Of a stretch of 36,553 bases of DNA, positions 36,458 to 36,553 are shown piece after piece. The stretch spans positions 1 to 36,553 of the forward strand of contig JBEWZL010000031.1 in NCBI GenBank assembly GCA_045837725.1, written 5' to 3'. The stretch is from Vermamoeba vermiformis. Taxonomy: Eukaryota. Both the position numbers and the translations under genes were made by a program. Within the stretch, counting starts at the first letter, position 1. Every line of letters starts with the position of its first letter. Under the pieces are notes generated by a model. It had not been told where the DNA came from. It did not search any database and worked only from the letters and a program-made list of their open reading frames with translations.

Positions 36458-36553
36458 TTTTGTAAATAAAACAACGCCCTCATTTGCTGGCTTGTTCGTT
36501 CGTTCTCCAATCGATGGTTTAGATCTGCTGTTCTCACCTGCGAAACCAAGAAT

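Overview
Gene-dense, intron-rich eukaryotic DNA with GT-AG introns mostly 45-100 nt long. The gene content suggests a free-living protist, possibly an amoebozoan; this is inference only. Bases 1-8418 are a Ty3/Gypsy LTR retrotransposon with identical ~162-bp LTRs, a PBS, a PPT, an RS-domain Gag and a heavily frameshifted PR-RT-RH-IN. Its 3' LTR is split by an apparently intact 1793-bp piggyBac-like DNA transposon (6601-8393). That element has a non-canonical TTAT target duplication, 43-bp TIRs built from 13-bp repeats and starting CTT, and a predicted two-intron 425-aa DDD transposase lacking the C-terminal cysteine-rich domain. Host genes follow in order: F-box protein, GH162-like endo-beta-1,2-glucanase, MFS-like transporter, WW-containing RING-less Rad5/TTF2-like SNF2 ATPase, multidomain PARP-like ADP-ribosyltransferase, SLC25A43-like carrier, NFU1 and WDR89-like WD40 protein. 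The window ends with two tandem LRR receptor tyrosine-kinase-like genes built largely one LRR per symmetric phase-2 exon, with patchy homogenisation of their TM/kinase regions. All gene models were derived by eye.
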